A stretch of 64,000 nt of DNA from an uncultured delta proteobacterium (GCA_963769935.1 CAVYNY010000018.1:128001-192000), one strand, 5' to 3'. Positions 27,342-39,531 are shown, counted from the stretch's first letter. The notes: generated by a model from the letters alone, not told the origin. Translations and numbers: made by a program.

Positions 27342-28574
27342 TCAGTGCGCAGCAGCGGCAGCCCTTTCCTTAAGCTCCGCTGTGACATTCCCATTGCCGT
27401 CCAATTCCGAGAGTACGGCATCCAACCCGGCCGCCAGATCCGTCTTAAACCCCTGTAAGGCCAGAGCCCGGCTGATGGCGGGAATAAAAAAGAGAACGTT
27501 GTCGGCTGAAGAAGAATATCCCATCAACCCAACGCGCCATACTTTCCCTTTGAGGCGCCCGAATCCACCGCCGATATCCAGCTTGAATTTTTCCAGCAGG
27601 TAGCGCCTTAGTTTAATATCGTCCACACCTTCGGGAATCAAAACCGTATTCAGGGTCGGCAGTCGATATTGCGGACTCACCAGCATCTTGAGTCCCAGGG
27701 CTTCGACGCCTGCCACCAGGGCTTTATGATTCTTGAGATGGCGGGCAAACCGGTTTGCCAGTCCTTCTTCGTGGATCAGAAGCAGCGCCTCCAGCAGGGC
27801 ATAATTCAACGTGCTTGAACTCGTGTGATGGTAAACCCGTTCGGTGCCCCAGTATTTTTCAATCAGCGATATATCCAGGTACCAGCTTCGTACGGGATTT
27901 TTGCGCTTTTTTACGGCTTCAAGGCCGCGTTCGCTGATGGTTATCGGGGATAGACCGGCCGGACACCCAATACATTTTTGTGAGCAGCTGAAGCAGCCGT
28001 CGATGCCCCATTCATCCACCTTGACTTCGACACCGCCTAGGGAGGAAACCGTGTCCAGCATCAACAAGGTATCGGTTTCCCGGGCCAGCCGGGCGATGTC
28101 CTCGATGGGCTGCAGAACGCCGGTGGATGTTTCGGCATGCACCAGGGCCACCAGTTTGTAATCGGTCTGCTTTAGCGCGGCCGCCACGCGCTCCGGATCG
28201 ACGGGCCGGCCCCATTCTTCCTCGATAATGGTGATCTCAGCCTCCTGGCGCTCCGCCATTTGCCGGATGCGATCGCCGAAAAAGCCGTTTACACAAATCA
28301 AAACCCGGTCCCCCGGCTCGATCAGATTGGCGACGCAGGCCTCCATGCCGGACGAACCGGTTCCCGGCATTGCGTTGGTGAGCCTGTTGCGGGTGCCGAA
28401 AACCGGCGGCAGCAGTTCGCCGATTCGGTCTAAAACCTTGAGATATACCGGATCCAAATATCCGATGACCGGCGAGGACATCGCCTTGTATACCCGGGGG
28501 TGGACATCCAGCGGTCCCGGCCCCATCAATCTGCGCAATGGTGCTTCCTGTCGTTGTAAGTTCAACGTTTCCAT
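27342..28574 (-). CDS. Alanine-glyoxylate / serine-pyruvate aminotransferase (class V)
   Basis: LMGPGP, GTGSSGMEA, HAETSTG, DTVSSLGG, SQKC, YHHT, WRVGLMG; ATG after GAAGGA. Confidence 0.92.
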   Translation of the reverse strand: METLNLQRQEAPLRRLMGPGPLDVHPRVYKAMSSPVIGYLDPVYLKVLDRIGELLPPVFGTRNRLTNAMPGTGSSGMEACVANLIEPGDRVLICVNGFFGDRIRQMAERQEAEITIIEEEWGRPVDPERVAAALKQTDYKLVALVHAETSTGVLQPIEDIARLARETDTLLMLDTVSSLGGVEVKVDEWGIDGCFSCSQKCIGCPAGLSPITISERGLEAVKKRKNPVRSWYLDISLIEKYWGTERVYHHTSSSTLNYALLEALLLIHEEGLANRFARHLKNHKALVAGVEALGLKMLVSPQYRLPTLNTVLIPEGVDDIKLRRYLLEKFKLDIGGGFGRLKGKVWRVGLMGYSSSADNVLFFIPAISRALALQGFKTDLAAGLDAVLSELDGNGNVTAELKERAAAAAH

Positions 28575-28734
28575 GTTCAAATTTCCTTCTCTATGATAAT
28601 TTCGGCTCAAACCCGTCGATCGCCCCCCCACTCGCAGACTCGAAGGTTCAGCCGGTTTATTAATTCCGACATAAAAATTTTCATATCGGCCGCTCGGGGC
28701 AGCCAAACTGAAAAACTGCAGCTGTAAGCCGACG

Positions 28735-28763
28735 CTTATAGTGGAATCCGGTCGATGTGTCAA
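28735..28763 (-). promoter_or_regulatory. Candidate sigma-70 promoter of the aminotransferase
   Basis: Minus strand TTGACA-17 bp-TATAAG. Confidence 0.6.
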
Positions 28764-28885
28764 GGAGATGAAACAGGGGGTCGAAAGGTTTTCGAATCGT
28801 TAATCCGACTTGATTTATATCCTTTTATAGCCCATAGTGCACCCGTCCATGGTTATCTGAATTTATTCACAAAGGGCATGCCGAA

Positions 28886-29215
28886 TTGCGGAATTTAATA
28901 TCGATCATATCTTTTTTCATGGCTGTTTTCGGCAGCCTGGCGGTCATGTTTATCAGGGATCGCGAAAAACAAAAAATGGCCTCGATGGTGGCTCTGGTTT
29001 TTCTGCTGGCCTTTTTTATCAATATCGGCGGAACCCAAAATCTGTTTTTAAAAATTGCCTGCCTGATTGCGTTTGCAATTTCAATCCTGGGGGGGATTAT
29101 CACCATTTTCAGCAATGTTGAGTACACTCGCATCGGCGCCATGGTCGTCGGCGTGGTTGCTCTCGGCGTCTCCCTTCTGATTCTTTTTACCTCTATCGAA
29201 TTTCCGCTCTTTTGA
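28886..29215 (+). CDS. Small hypothetical membrane protein (about 4 TM)
   Basis: 109 aa with four hydrophobic segments. Confidence 0.6.
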   Translation: MRNLISIISFFMAVFGSLAVMFIRDREKQKMASMVALVFLLAFFINIGGTQNLFLKIACLIAFAISILGGIITIFSNVEYTRIGAMVVGVVALGVSLLILFTSIEFPLF

Positions 29216-29240
29216 TTTCATATCAGCCATGAAATATTTT

Positions 29241-29414
29241 TTCACCGCAGAGCGCGCAGAGAAAAATTTTCACAAGTAATTAAAAAATTTTGATTCAAGA
29301 CTTGAAAATTCGAAGATCGGTTTTTGTAAAGCAGATTATTCTTTATGTTTGCTGCCCCCTCAACGGCAAACATAAAATAAATATCCTCTGCGCACTTTGC
29401 GGCTCTGCGGTGAA
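29241..29414. repeat. CACCGCAGAG-type inverted-repeat element
   Basis: TTCACCGCAGAGCGCGCAGAG ... CTCTGCGCACTTTGCGGCTCTGCGGTGAA, with inner hairpin TTTATGTTTGC/GCAAACATAAA. Confidence 0.75.
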
Positions 29415-29470
29415 TATTAAATCATAATAATGAATGTCTAAATCACTATTTCCACATCAGCCGTATCCCA

Positions 29471-30505
29471 TCAGGCGGCGGCGGTGGATTTTTGGCGGGA
29501 TTCGAAATCTCTTTTGACGTGGTTGAAAAGCAGAGCGGCGCTGTCTTGGACCGGCTGGTGCCAGAATTTTACGATACGCATGGCAATCCGGACAATGTTT
29601 TCGGACGCCAAGCTGCTGTGATAATTGGGTAAGAAGGGATGGCGATTTCTAATGGACGCTAAAACGGACCTGTCTTTGAACACAAAACCGAAGTAATCGG
29701 CTTCGATGGAAAGAATCTCCCCCATGGTCCGACTGATATTAAATGCCATTCTGGAGTCAGCCGGATTTTCTCCCATGTTGATGACGATACGGGGCCGATA
29801 CTGCTGATAATTAGAGCTCACGGCCTCGCCGGCTTCAGGATCTTCAGCCATAATTTTTTGGTGCACATCTTTAATCGATAGGGCTTGTTCTTCCATCGGA
29901 CGTTTGAATAAATCCTGCAGAATTTCCCACGCAGCATGATGGCGAACCATTTCTCTTTCAATTGAACGCAGCAGAAAATTCTTTAAAAATCCAAGCATCC
30001 CCATCACCGCCGTCGGCTCCGGCGTCGTGACCAGCAAACCATTTTCAGAGAGGCGAAAAAAATCCAGGGTATTATAGGAGGAACCGGCGCCAAGATCCAG
30101 CAGGATGTAATCGGCCGGCAGCCTGCGGAGGCGGGTCATGAGTTTGATTTTTTGCGCATAGGCCAGGTTGGCCATAAACGGCGTTTTGCCGGCGCCGGGC
30201 AGGAAAAAGAGATTGGGAGTCCCGGCGGGCACCAGCAGTTCTTCCAGTTCGGCACAGCGGGCTTTGAGAAAATCGCCGATACCGGGGTTCCGGTTGGAAA
30301 GACCCAAAAAGGAATGCAAGTTGGCGCCGCCGAAATCCAGATCGGCCACAATCACCCGGTGTCCCGCTTCGGCCAGGGCCATCGCCAGGTTGGCCGCAAT
30401 AAAAGTTTTGCCGACACCGCCTTTGCCGGAGGCAACCGGAATGATGACGGCGCCCGAATTTGCATCCTGGTAATTGTTTTGCTTCAAAATTCGGAGTGAA
30501 TCCAT
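29471..30505 (-). CDS. MinD/FlhG-like P-loop ATPase
   Basis: ASGKGGVGKT, DLDFGGANLH, LDLGAG, TTPEPT. Confidence 0.9.
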   Translation of the reverse strand: MDSLRILKQNNYQDANSGAVIIPVASGKGGVGKTFIAANLAMALAEAGHRVIVADLDFGGANLHSFLGLSNRNPGIGDFLKARCAELEELLVPAGTPNLFFLPGAGKTPFMANLAYAQKIKLMTRLRRLPADYILLDLGAGSSYNTLDFFRLSENGLLVTTPEPTAVMGMLGFLKNFLLRSIEREMVRHHAAWEILQDLFKRPMEEQALSIKDVHQKIMAEDPEAGEAVSSNYQQYRPRIVINMGENPADSRMAFNISRTMGEILSIEADYFGFVFKDRSVLASIRNRHPFLPNYHSSLASENIVRIAMRIVKFWHQPVQDSAALLFNHVKRDFESRQKSTAAA

Positions 30506-30842
30506 GTCAACAACTTGACGCCACGAAACTATTGAAAATTGAAGATTGAAGATTGAATAATTAAGGAATTCTGCCGATTTTAATACTCACGGCCCGAATG
30601 AAAAGCCCTTATCAAGAAACGATATTCTGTATCCAAGATCAGGCAACACTTTACCAGAATTCCAAAACCTTGCACCGTATGCCTTGAGCCGAATGCCGTT
30701 AACGCTATACCTTACACCTTAAACCGTGCGCCATATATCCGTCTATTTCCAACAGACCAGCATCAAGCAACCGGAATCCAGCATCCAGCATTCCAGTAAC
30801 CAGTATTCCGCAGCCTGCATCCCGCAACTCGCAACGTCCTGT

Positions 30843-30870
30843 TTGACAGAACAAAGAATGTGGTTATATT
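30843..30870 (+). promoter_or_regulatory. Candidate clpB promoter
   Basis: TTGACA-16 bp-TATATT. Confidence 0.45.
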
Positions 30871-30933
30871 TTCAATGCAATTTTCAGACCAACAAACTAT
30901 TTATGGCAGGCATTTTTTATCGGGGGAGACGAT

Positions 30934-33521
30934 ATGCGCTTTGACAAATTTACCATAAAATCTCAGGAACTGATTCAAAATTCCCAGACGCTCGCATCCC
31001 AGCGCGGCCATCAGCAAATTGAGCCCGAGCATCTGCTGGCAGCGATGCTGCAGGAGCGCGAGGGTATTGCCGGCGCTATGCTGCGCAAACTGGGTGTGTC
31101 ACCGGCTGATATCAACCGCCAGGTCATGGCCGCATTGGAAAAATTACCGCAAATCAGCGGCGGCAGTCGGCGAAGCCTACCTGTCGCCCAGGGCCAAAGC
31201 GGTCCTGGAAGGAGCGTTTACCGAAGCCGGCAAAATGAAAGATGAATACGTCAGCATTGAACACATTTTTCTGGCCATTGCCGAAGAGAAAAAGGGCGAT
31301 GCCGCCGGAATTCTTGCCCGCGTCCGGTGTCACCCGGGATTCGATCCTGAAAGTACTGCTGGAAATTCGCGGCACCCAGCGCATTACCGACCCGAATCCG
31401 GAAGAAAAATACCAGGCGCTGGAACGTTTCAGCCGGGATCTCACCGATTTGGCCCGCCGCGGCAAACTCGATCCGGTCATCGGCAGGGATGAAGAAATCC
31501 GCCGCGTCGTGCAGGTCCTTTCCAGAAGAACCAAAAACAATCCGGTGCTGATCGGTGAGCCGGGGGTCGGCAAGACGGCTATCATAGAAGGGCTGGCAGG
31601 GCGCATTGTGGCCGGTGATGTCTCCGAGACCCTGAAAAACCGGCGGCTGGTGGCCCTTGACATGGGTGCGCTGATTGCCGGAGCCAAATACCGGGGAGAA
31701 TTTGAAGACCGCCTCAAAGCGGTTCTAAAAGAAGTGGAAAGTGCCGAGGGTGAGATCATTCTTTTCATTGATGAGCTTCACACCGTGGTGGGGGCCGGTG
31801 CCGCCGAAGGTGCCGTGGATGCCTCCAACATGCTTAAACCGGCCCTTGCCAGGGGCACCCTGCGGTGCGTGGGGGCGACGACCATCAACGAATATCGCAA
31901 GTATATCGAAAAAGATGCCGCGCTGGAAAGACGGTTCCAACCGGTCCTGGTTAAAGAACCCTCCGTGGAGGATACCATCTCGATTCTGCGGGGGCTGAAG
32001 GAAAAATATGAGGTGCACCACGGGGTTCGGATCAAGGATTCGGCCATTGTGGCCGCGGCCACCCTTTCCGAACGGTATATCGCGGATCGCTTTCTGCCGG
32101 ATAAGGCCATTGACTTGATCGATGAGTGTGCTTCCAAACTGCGCATCGAAATTGACAGCATGCCGGCGGAAATCGATGAAATTCAGCGCAAAATTACCCA
32201 GGTGGAGATTGAACGCCAAGCGCTGAAAAAAGAAGCCGACCCGGCTTCCAGAGAGCGGCTCAAGAAATTGGAGGCCGATCTGGCCGACATGAATGATGAG
32301 CTGAAGCAAATGAAAGGGCACTGGCAAAATGAAAAAGACACGATCCAGACCATCCGCAAAATAAAAGAAGAACAGGAACATCTGAACCAGGAAGCACAGC
32401 TGGCGGAACGGGAGGGAAACCTGGCCAAAGTGGCCGAGATCCGCTACGGGAAGGCCACCGAACTTGCCAGACGCCTGGAGGACGCCAATCGAAAGCTCGC
32501 CGAACTTCAGGCCGACAGCAAGATGCTCAAGGAAGAGGTTGATGATGAGGATGTTGCCGAGGTGATTTCCCGCTGGACGGGAATTCCGGTCAGCCGAATG
32601 TTGGAAGGTGAAAGGGAAAAACTGGTGCACATGGAAGAACGGCTCCACCGGCGGGTGATCGGACAAACAGAAGCGGTCGAAGCCGTCTCCAATGCCGTAC
32701 GCCGCGCACGCTCCGGTTTGCAGGACCCCAACCGTCCGATCGGATCCTTTATATTTATGGGGCCGACCGGTGTAGGCAAGACCGAACTGGCCAAAGCACT
32801 GGCGGCCTTTATATTTGACAGCGAGCAGGCCATGATCCGAATCGATATGTCGGAATTTATGGAAAAGCATTCCGTTGCCCGGCTCATCGGCGCCCCGCCG
32901 GGTTACGTGGGCTACGAGGAAGGCGGATACCTCACCGAAGCCGTGCGCCGGCGCCCCTACTCGGTGGTGCTTTTTGATGAAATTGAAAAAGCGCATCCGG
33001 AGGTTTTCAACGTTCTGCTTCAAATTCTGGATGACGGCCGCATGACCGACGGCCAGGGCCGCACGGTGGATTTTAAAAACACCATCGTGATCATGACGTC
33101 AAACATCGGCAGCCAATGGATACAGGAGCTGGCGGCCAGCGACCGGCCGGAAATGGAGCGGCGGGTCACCGAGGCCTTGCGGGCGCATTTTAAACCCGAA
33201 TTTTTAAACCGCATTGATGAAACAATTATTTTTCAGAACCTGTCGCCGGAACAAATTGTTGAAATTGTCGAGATTCAAATTGATAAACTGCGGGCCCGGC
33301 TGACCGCCCAGAACATCGAGCTGAAATTATCCGACAACGGCCTGAGGTTCATTGCCGATAAGGGATATGATCCCGTATACGGCGCCCGGCCGTTGAAACG
33401 GGTGATCCAGCAGTACATCGAAAACCCGCTTTCCCTGGAAATTTTAAAAGGCAACATTGCCGCAGGTAACAGGGTGAAGGCGGATATCGAAGACGGGCAG
33501 CTAATATTTAAAACCTTTTAA
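30934..33521 (+). CDS. clpB: ClpB chaperone; two +1 frameshifts near 31165 and 31320, probably sequence errors
   Basis: MRFDKFT N-domain across three frames; [16 protein letters not shown], middle coiled coil, GARPLKR. Confidence 0.95.
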
Positions 33522-33539
33522 AAAATTCATAAAGCATAG

Positions 33540-33576
33540 AATCCCGGCTTTAGGGCGGCCGGGATTTTATTTTTTT
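33540..33576 (+). terminator. Intrinsic terminator after clpB
   Basis: AATCCCGGC-loop-GCCGGGATT followed by a T tract. Confidence 0.85.
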
Positions 33577-33694
33577 GAAAACGCCCTATTTCAGGCACTT
33601 TTTTAGGCTTTCCAAATTTAAGGTACATTTTTTATTGTAATATAAATGAACTCATCGTAATATCCCACGGATTTAACCGGGATCTTGCAAGTAT

Positions 33695-34685
33695 ATGACA
33701 CTTTCAGCCACAGAAAAACTGCGCCGCTTCTATGATCAATTTTCGGGCAATGACCAGGTTCTCATCGTGATTAATGCAGACCCGGATTCCATTGCCAGCG
33801 CCATGGCCGTCAGTAGATTGCTGTGGCGGAAAGTATCAAATGTCACCATAACCCATGTGAATGAGATCAACCGCCCGGACAATCTGGCAATGCTGCGGCT
33901 TCTGAACGTCAGCCTGGTTCCCCCTCCGAATCTCAATCTTGCCCAGTACAGCAAAAACTGTGATCGTAGATTCCCAGCCCGATCATAATGAATTCATGAA
34001 GCAGCTCAAGCCGGATGTCATCATCGATCATCACCCGGAAGCAAATGCCAAGGCGGCCTTTTTGGATATCCGGCCCACTTACGGTGCTACGGCCACCATC
34101 ATGACCGAATACCTGCTGGCGGCCAGGATAAAGCCCTCGGTAAAGCTGGCCACCGGCCTGTTCTACGCCATTAAAACCGATACCAACGCCTTTAAAGGCC
34201 AGACGCTGATCGAGGATGTGCGCGCTTTTCAGTATCTTTTCCGACATGTCAATATTCATCTGGCCCGCAAAATCGAACAGGCCGACCTCAGGCTCGAATT
34301 TTTAAAATATTTTAAAACCGCCCTGCAGACCATGCGCCTGCGAAAGGGCCGGGTCTTTGTTCATCTGGGACAGGTAGTCAATCCGGATGTCTGTGTCATA
34401 ATTGCCGATTTTTTCATGAGACTTGTTTCCGTCACCTGGAGTATTGTATCCGGCACCTATGATAAAAAACTCATCGTCATATTCAGAAACGACGGCATTC
34501 GAAAAAATGCCGGCAATGTCGCCAAAGAAAGTTTCGGTCAATTCGGCTCCGCGGGAGGGCACATGAACATGGCGCGGGCTGAAATTGCATTGACCGACCT
34601 GACGCAGCAGGTTGACTGCAAGGATGAAAAGAAGCTTTTGCTATGGCTGATTAACCGGGTGGAAAAACGCGCCGGCAAGAAGTAA
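33695..34685 (+). CDS. DHH-family phosphoesterase; +1 frameshift in an A run near 33955
   Basis: ADPDSIAS, IIDHHP, IKTDT, AGGH. Confidence 0.88.
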
Positions 34686-34694
34686 AGAGAAGAA

Positions 34695-35486
34695 ATGTCA
34701 TCAGAAAAATCCGGCATAACCGTCACCATCCTCGGCTCCGGCACCTGTGTGCCTTCGCTGCAGCGCAGTTCGTGTTCGGTTTTAATGTGCATCGGCGCCA
34801 ACCGGCTTCTTTTTGACTCCGGCCCGGGCACCCTCCGAAGGCTGCTTGAGGCGGGCACAACTATTTTTGATCTAAACTATGTCTTCTACAGTCATTTTCA
34901 CCCGGATCATACCGCGGAATTGGTTCCCTTAATTTTCGCCACCAAGTATCCGGACGGCAATCGCAGGCAGTCACCACTGACGATCACAGCTGGACGGGGA
35001 TTTGCGCATTTCTTTGCAGGACTCAAAGCCGTTTATGGAAAATGGATCGAGCTGGCCCCGGGTTTGCTCGATTTTGTAGAGTTGGACAACCGATCGAAGG
35101 ATTCCATAAATTTCCGGGGTTTTACCGTTGAGTCCACGCCGGTGGAGCACAATCCGGAAAGCATTGCCTACCGGATCACGAGTGCCGAAGGGAGCACGGT
35201 TGTTTACAGCGGCGATACGGACTACAGCGAAAATCTCATCGAGTTGGCCAAGGGAGCGGATCTTTTGATCTGCGAATCGGCACAGCCGGACAGTTTGCAG
35301 GTAAAAGGGCACCTGACGCCGTCGTTGGCGGGTGAGACGGCAACCCGGGCCGGTGTGCGCAAACTGGTGCTCACGCATTTTTATCCTGATTGTGAGGGTG
35401 TGGACCTGGCGCAGGAATGCCGCCAAACCTACAGCGGCCCGTTGATCCTGGCCGAAGATCTGATGCAGATAGAAGTTATTCGTTAA
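34695..35486 (+). CDS. MBL-fold hydrolase (RNase Z-like)
   Basis: LGSGT, SHFHPDH, YSGDT, GHLT, LTHFYP. Confidence 0.9.
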   Translation: MSSEKSGITVTILGSGTCVPSLQRSSCSVLMCIGANRLLFDSGPGTLRRLLEAGTTIFDLNYVFYSHFHPDHTAELVPLIFATKYPDGNRRQSPLTITAGRGFAHFFAGLKAVYGKWIELAPGLLDFVELDNRSKDSINFRGFTVESTPVEHNPESIAYRITSAEGSTVVYSGDTDYSENLIELAKGADLLICESAQPDSLQVKGHLTPSLAGETATRAGVRKLVLTHFYPDCEGVDLAQECRQTYSGPLILAEDLMQIEVIR

Positions 35487-35494
35487 TAACGATA

Positions 35495-36151
35495 ATGCGC
35501 TACTACCCTATACACTTAGACATTCAGAACACAAATTGTCTGGTTGTCGGCGGCGGCGGCGTGGGAACGCGCAAAGTTTTCACGCTGCTGAATTGCGGCG
35601 CCAAAGTCACCGTTGTCAGTCCCGACATCTCGGAACAACTGCGTGAGCTTGCGGTATCCCCCTCCCTGACGCTGAAGCAACGTCCCTATCAATCCGGCGA
35701 TCTGGAGGGAATGTTTCTGGTCATCGGAGCCACCGATGATGAGACGTTAAACCGACAAATCAGCACGGACGCCAAACAGCGCGGATTGTTGTGCAACATT
35801 GCCGATCGTCCCGCAATCTGCAACTTTATTCTGCCTTCGATCGTTCAAAGAGATGATTTGATATTCACAATTTCCACATCCGGCAGGAGCCCGGCCCTGG
35901 CAAAAAAGTTGCGCCAATCGCTTGAAGCCCTATTCGGTGAAGAATATGGCGTTTTTCTGAAACTCATGGGAGGCATACGCAAAAAACTGTTAAGCCGGTC
36001 CCATGAACCCGAAGCCCATAAACCCATTTTTGAGCAGCTGATCAACAGCGATCTGATTGCATTGATTCGGGAAAAGAAAACAAAGGACATTGATGCATTG
36101 CTTTTTAACGTATTAGGGGATGGGTATCGTTTTGAGCAATTAATGAAATAG
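35495..36151 (+). CDS. sirC: Precorrin-2 dehydrogenase / sirohydrochlorin ferrochelatase
   Basis: MRYYPIHL, VVGGGGVGTRK, ATDD, CNFILP, STSGRSPALA. Confidence 0.9.
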   Translation: MRYYPIHLDIQNTNCLVVGGGGVGTRKVFTLLNCGAKVTVVSPDISEQLRELAVSPSLTLKQRPYQSGDLEGMFLVIGATDDETLNRQISTDAKQRGLLCNIADRPAICNFILPSIVQRDDLIFTISTSGRSPALAKKLRQSLEALFGEEYGVFLKLMGGIRKKLLSRSHEPEAHKPIFEQLINSDLIALIREKKTKDIDALLFNVLGDGYRFEQLMK

Positions 36152-36407
36152 TGAGGGTTTCATAGGTTCAGGGTTTACCGTTCGAGGCTATATGTTTAAA
36201 AATTGACTGGTTATGAATTAGCAATCCAGGAGCGGACAAGAGGTCTTTGGTATTGGATATCTGACGCTAAAACTTTGGTTCGGAAAATTCAATAAAATGC
36301 GCAGCATAATAAATTTATATGCCGAACCTTCAATCTAACAACTTTATTCAATCAATTCTACAGAACCGATTCAAACTCCGAAGGTGCCATTTACAGGGCG
36401 GATAAAT

Positions 36408-37225
36408 ATGGAAATTTTGCTAATATCGACCATTCTGTTTTACATGCTCAGCAGTGCTGCATATGGCGCGTATTTGTTTCTGCAAAAAAACTATTGGCAG
36501 CTCTGCGGCTATTTTATTCTGATGGCCGGATTTATATTTCAAACGGCATGCTTATTTATGGAATCGCCACACCGGTCACATTCCGGTCGGCAATTTGCAC
36601 GAAACCCTCTTCTTGGCAGGCTGGGCGGTTGCCGGTGTTTTTGTGATCGATTCAAGTAAATTCAACCTGAAAATATTAGGGATATTTGCTGCCCCGCTGG
36701 CAACGCTGATCATGTTGTTGTTGCGCTGCTGCCCAACGAGCCGGTGCAGACAACGAAGATATTCGAAAGTTTCTGGTTGGTTTCCCACGTGATCGCAATC
36801 TTTATCGGCGAGGCCGGTTTTGCCCTGGCAGCGTGGTCTGGGATTTTTTATCTAATCCAGGAAAGCGCAATTAAAACCAAAAAGACACCGGTTCTTTTTT
36901 AAACGCTGCCGTCGCTGGAGCTGCTGGATGCCACCGGATATGCTTGCATCATGGTTGGATTTACGCTGCTTACCCTGGGGCTCATCACCGGTTTTGTATA
37001 CGCCAAATCGGTCTGGGGGCGATTCTGGAGCTGGGACCCTAAAGAAGTCTGGTCCGGAGTTACCTGGCTTTTTTATGCGGTTTTCTGCATGAAAGGCTCA
37101 CCGTCGGATGGCGCGGTCGCCGCTCGGCCATTATGGCAATTGTCGGATTGGGGGTGTTGATCTTTCACTTTCTGGGCGTCAACTTGTTGCTGGAAGGGCA
37201 TCATGCCGAGTTCACCAAGCTCTGA
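36408..37225 (+). CDS. ccsA: Cytochrome c assembly protein CcsA/HemX; multiple frameshifts
   Basis: [34 protein letters not shown] fragments in different frames; lies between sirC and hemA. Confidence 0.8.
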
Positions 37226-37310
37226 AATTCGATTGAAGAGTTGATCAACTGAAAATAACTGCAATTTTAATTTACTTCAATTTCTATCATCATGATTAAG
37301 CGTGCATGCT

Positions 37311-38581
37311 ATGCACGATATCATCCTAATGGGAATAAATCATAAGACCGCTCCGGTGGAGCTGAGAGAGTGTATCGCTTTTGCAGCCGAAGAGTCCCAG
37401 GAGGCCCTTCAAACCCTTCGCCACCAACCCCATATAAATGAAGTGCTTCTGGTTTCTACCTGCAACCGGGTTGAACTCTTATTTACGACAGATAATAAAT
37501 CCCAGTCAATTTCAGACGACCAAAGACATTTATTGCCGAATTTAACAAAATCCCGATCGAGCAGTTTAACGATGCCCTCTATATCCATGAAGGCGATGAC
37601 GCGGTGCGTCATGTATTCAGAGTCGCTTCCAGTCTGGATTCCATGGTGGTCGGCGAGCCCCAGATTCTCGGCCAGATGAAGGAGGCCTATCGCATCGCCA
37701 CCCAGATTCAAAACATCCGGGGTTATCCTAAATCGTCTGCTGCACCGAACATTTTTTGTGGCCAAAAGAATTCGCACGGAAACCGGTATCGGCGACCGGG
37801 CGGTATCCATCAGCTATGCTGCGGTGGAGCTGGGACGCAAAATATTCGGCAACCTGGCCGGCAAAAGCCGTACTGCTGGTGGGTGCCGGAGAAATGGCGG
37901 AGTTGGCCGTCGAACACCTGATCCGCAATAAAGCGGATGATATTTGGGTTGCCAACCGCACTTTTGAAAATGGCGTCGAACTGGCCAAAAAATTTAACGG
38001 AAACGCCATCCGTTTCGAAGAAATATACAAACTGCTTGGAATCCATAGACATTATAATCAGTTCAACAGGCTCGCCGGATTTTGTGATAACCCGCGACCA
38101 GGTAAAAGGCGTTATCCGCAAACGGCGCAATCGGCCGATTTTTTTTATCGATATCGCTGTTCCCCGGGATATTGATCCCCGGATCAACCGGCTGACAAAC
38201 TCGTACGTTTATGATATTGACGACTTGCAGGGAGTCGTTGACGATAACATCGAAGATCGCCAGCAGGAAGCCGTCAAAGGTGAACGAATCATTGATGAAG
38301 CGGTCATCAGCTTCCGGCAGTGGTATGAAAGTTTGGAGGTGGTGCCGACAATTATCGCGCTGAGAAAAAAAATGGAATCCATTGCCGCCGCTGAAATTAA
38401 GAAAACACTGCAATCCAATAAGATTCCCGAATCCAGTGTTTCCGCAATTCACAAAATGACCGGCGCCCTGATCAATAAAATACTGCATGATCCGACGGTT
38501 TTTCTAAAAAAAGACGGGATGGTCAAAGAAAAGTCGGTCTATATTGATACCATAAGAAAAATTTTTAAACTGGATGAATAA
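37311..38581 (+). CDS. hemA: Glutamyl-tRNA reductase; several frameshifts
   Basis: [48 protein letters not shown] in different frames. Confidence 0.9.
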
Positions 38582-38596
38582 ATTGAAGGAAATAAA

Positions 38597-39531
38597 ATGA
38601 AAAAAATCGCTTTTCTCTTCCCCGGTCAAGGCTCCCAGAGTGTGGGGATGGGTGAAGAATTTTACCGTGAATATGACATTGTCCGCGAAATTTTCGATAT
38701 GGCCGAGGAAATTACCCGGCTCAACATTTCCAAACTGTGCTTCAAGGGTCCCATGGAAGATTTGACCATGACGGTGAACCTTCAGCCGGCTGTCACGGCA
38801 GTGAACCTTGCCTGTTTGGCCGTGCTTGAAAAAGAAAACATTGCCTATCAATTCTGCGCCGGGCACAGCCTGGGTGAATTCAGCGCCCTTTGTGCGGCAG
38901 GAGTTAACGAAAAAGAAGACACCTTCCGCCTGGTGTTTAAAAGAGGTGAATTAATGCACCGCGAGGCCGGCCAGCATCAGGGTGCAATGAATGCGATTGT
39001 GGGGCTGCCGATCGACGAAGTCGCAGAACTTGTCTCCAAGGTTCAAATGGATGGAATTGTATCGGTTGCCAACCACAATACCCAATTGCAGATTGTGATA
39101 ACCGGCGCCCCGCCGTCGGTTGACCGGGTTTCATCTCTGGCCGTTGCCAAAGGGGCCAAGTCTGTTCCGCTGAAAGTAAGCGGTGCCTGGCACAGCGAAC
39201 TGATAAAAGGTGCTGTGGCCGAATTCAAAGAATATCTTGACACGATCGCATTTGAGCCCCTCAAAAAAAAGTATTCTTCAATGTCACGGCGGATGTGGAG
39301 GAAAATCCGGCGGAAATTCGGGAAATAATGGCCCGTCAATTATGCAGTCCCGTGCACTGGTATGACACAATGAACAAAATGATGGCTGAAAACGTAGACG
39401 TATTCGTTGAGGTCGGCCCCGGCCGGGTGCTCGCCGGACTGTTAAAAAAGATCCTGCCAAAGGATTATCCGGCCAAAGTGTATAACTTCGCCAACTTGAA
39501 ACAGCTTGAAGCATTGATCAATGAAATTTGA
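38597..39531 (+). CDS. fabD: Malonyl-CoA:ACP transacylase; -1 frameshift in A8 at 39263-39270
   Basis: FPGQGSQ, GHSLGE, VSGAWHS, EVGPGRVL. Confidence 0.92.

Noticed and set aside
30757..30835. CRISPR array
   Set aside because: Degenerate 7-nt tandem units with no repeat-spacer structure and no cas genes
31725..33023. 432-aa antisense ORF
   Set aside because: Shadow of clpB on the opposite strand, with no independent motifs
39255..39275. Programmed frameshifting in fabD or dksA
   Set aside because: Indels of both signs cluster across six neighbouring genes, which fits sequencing error better
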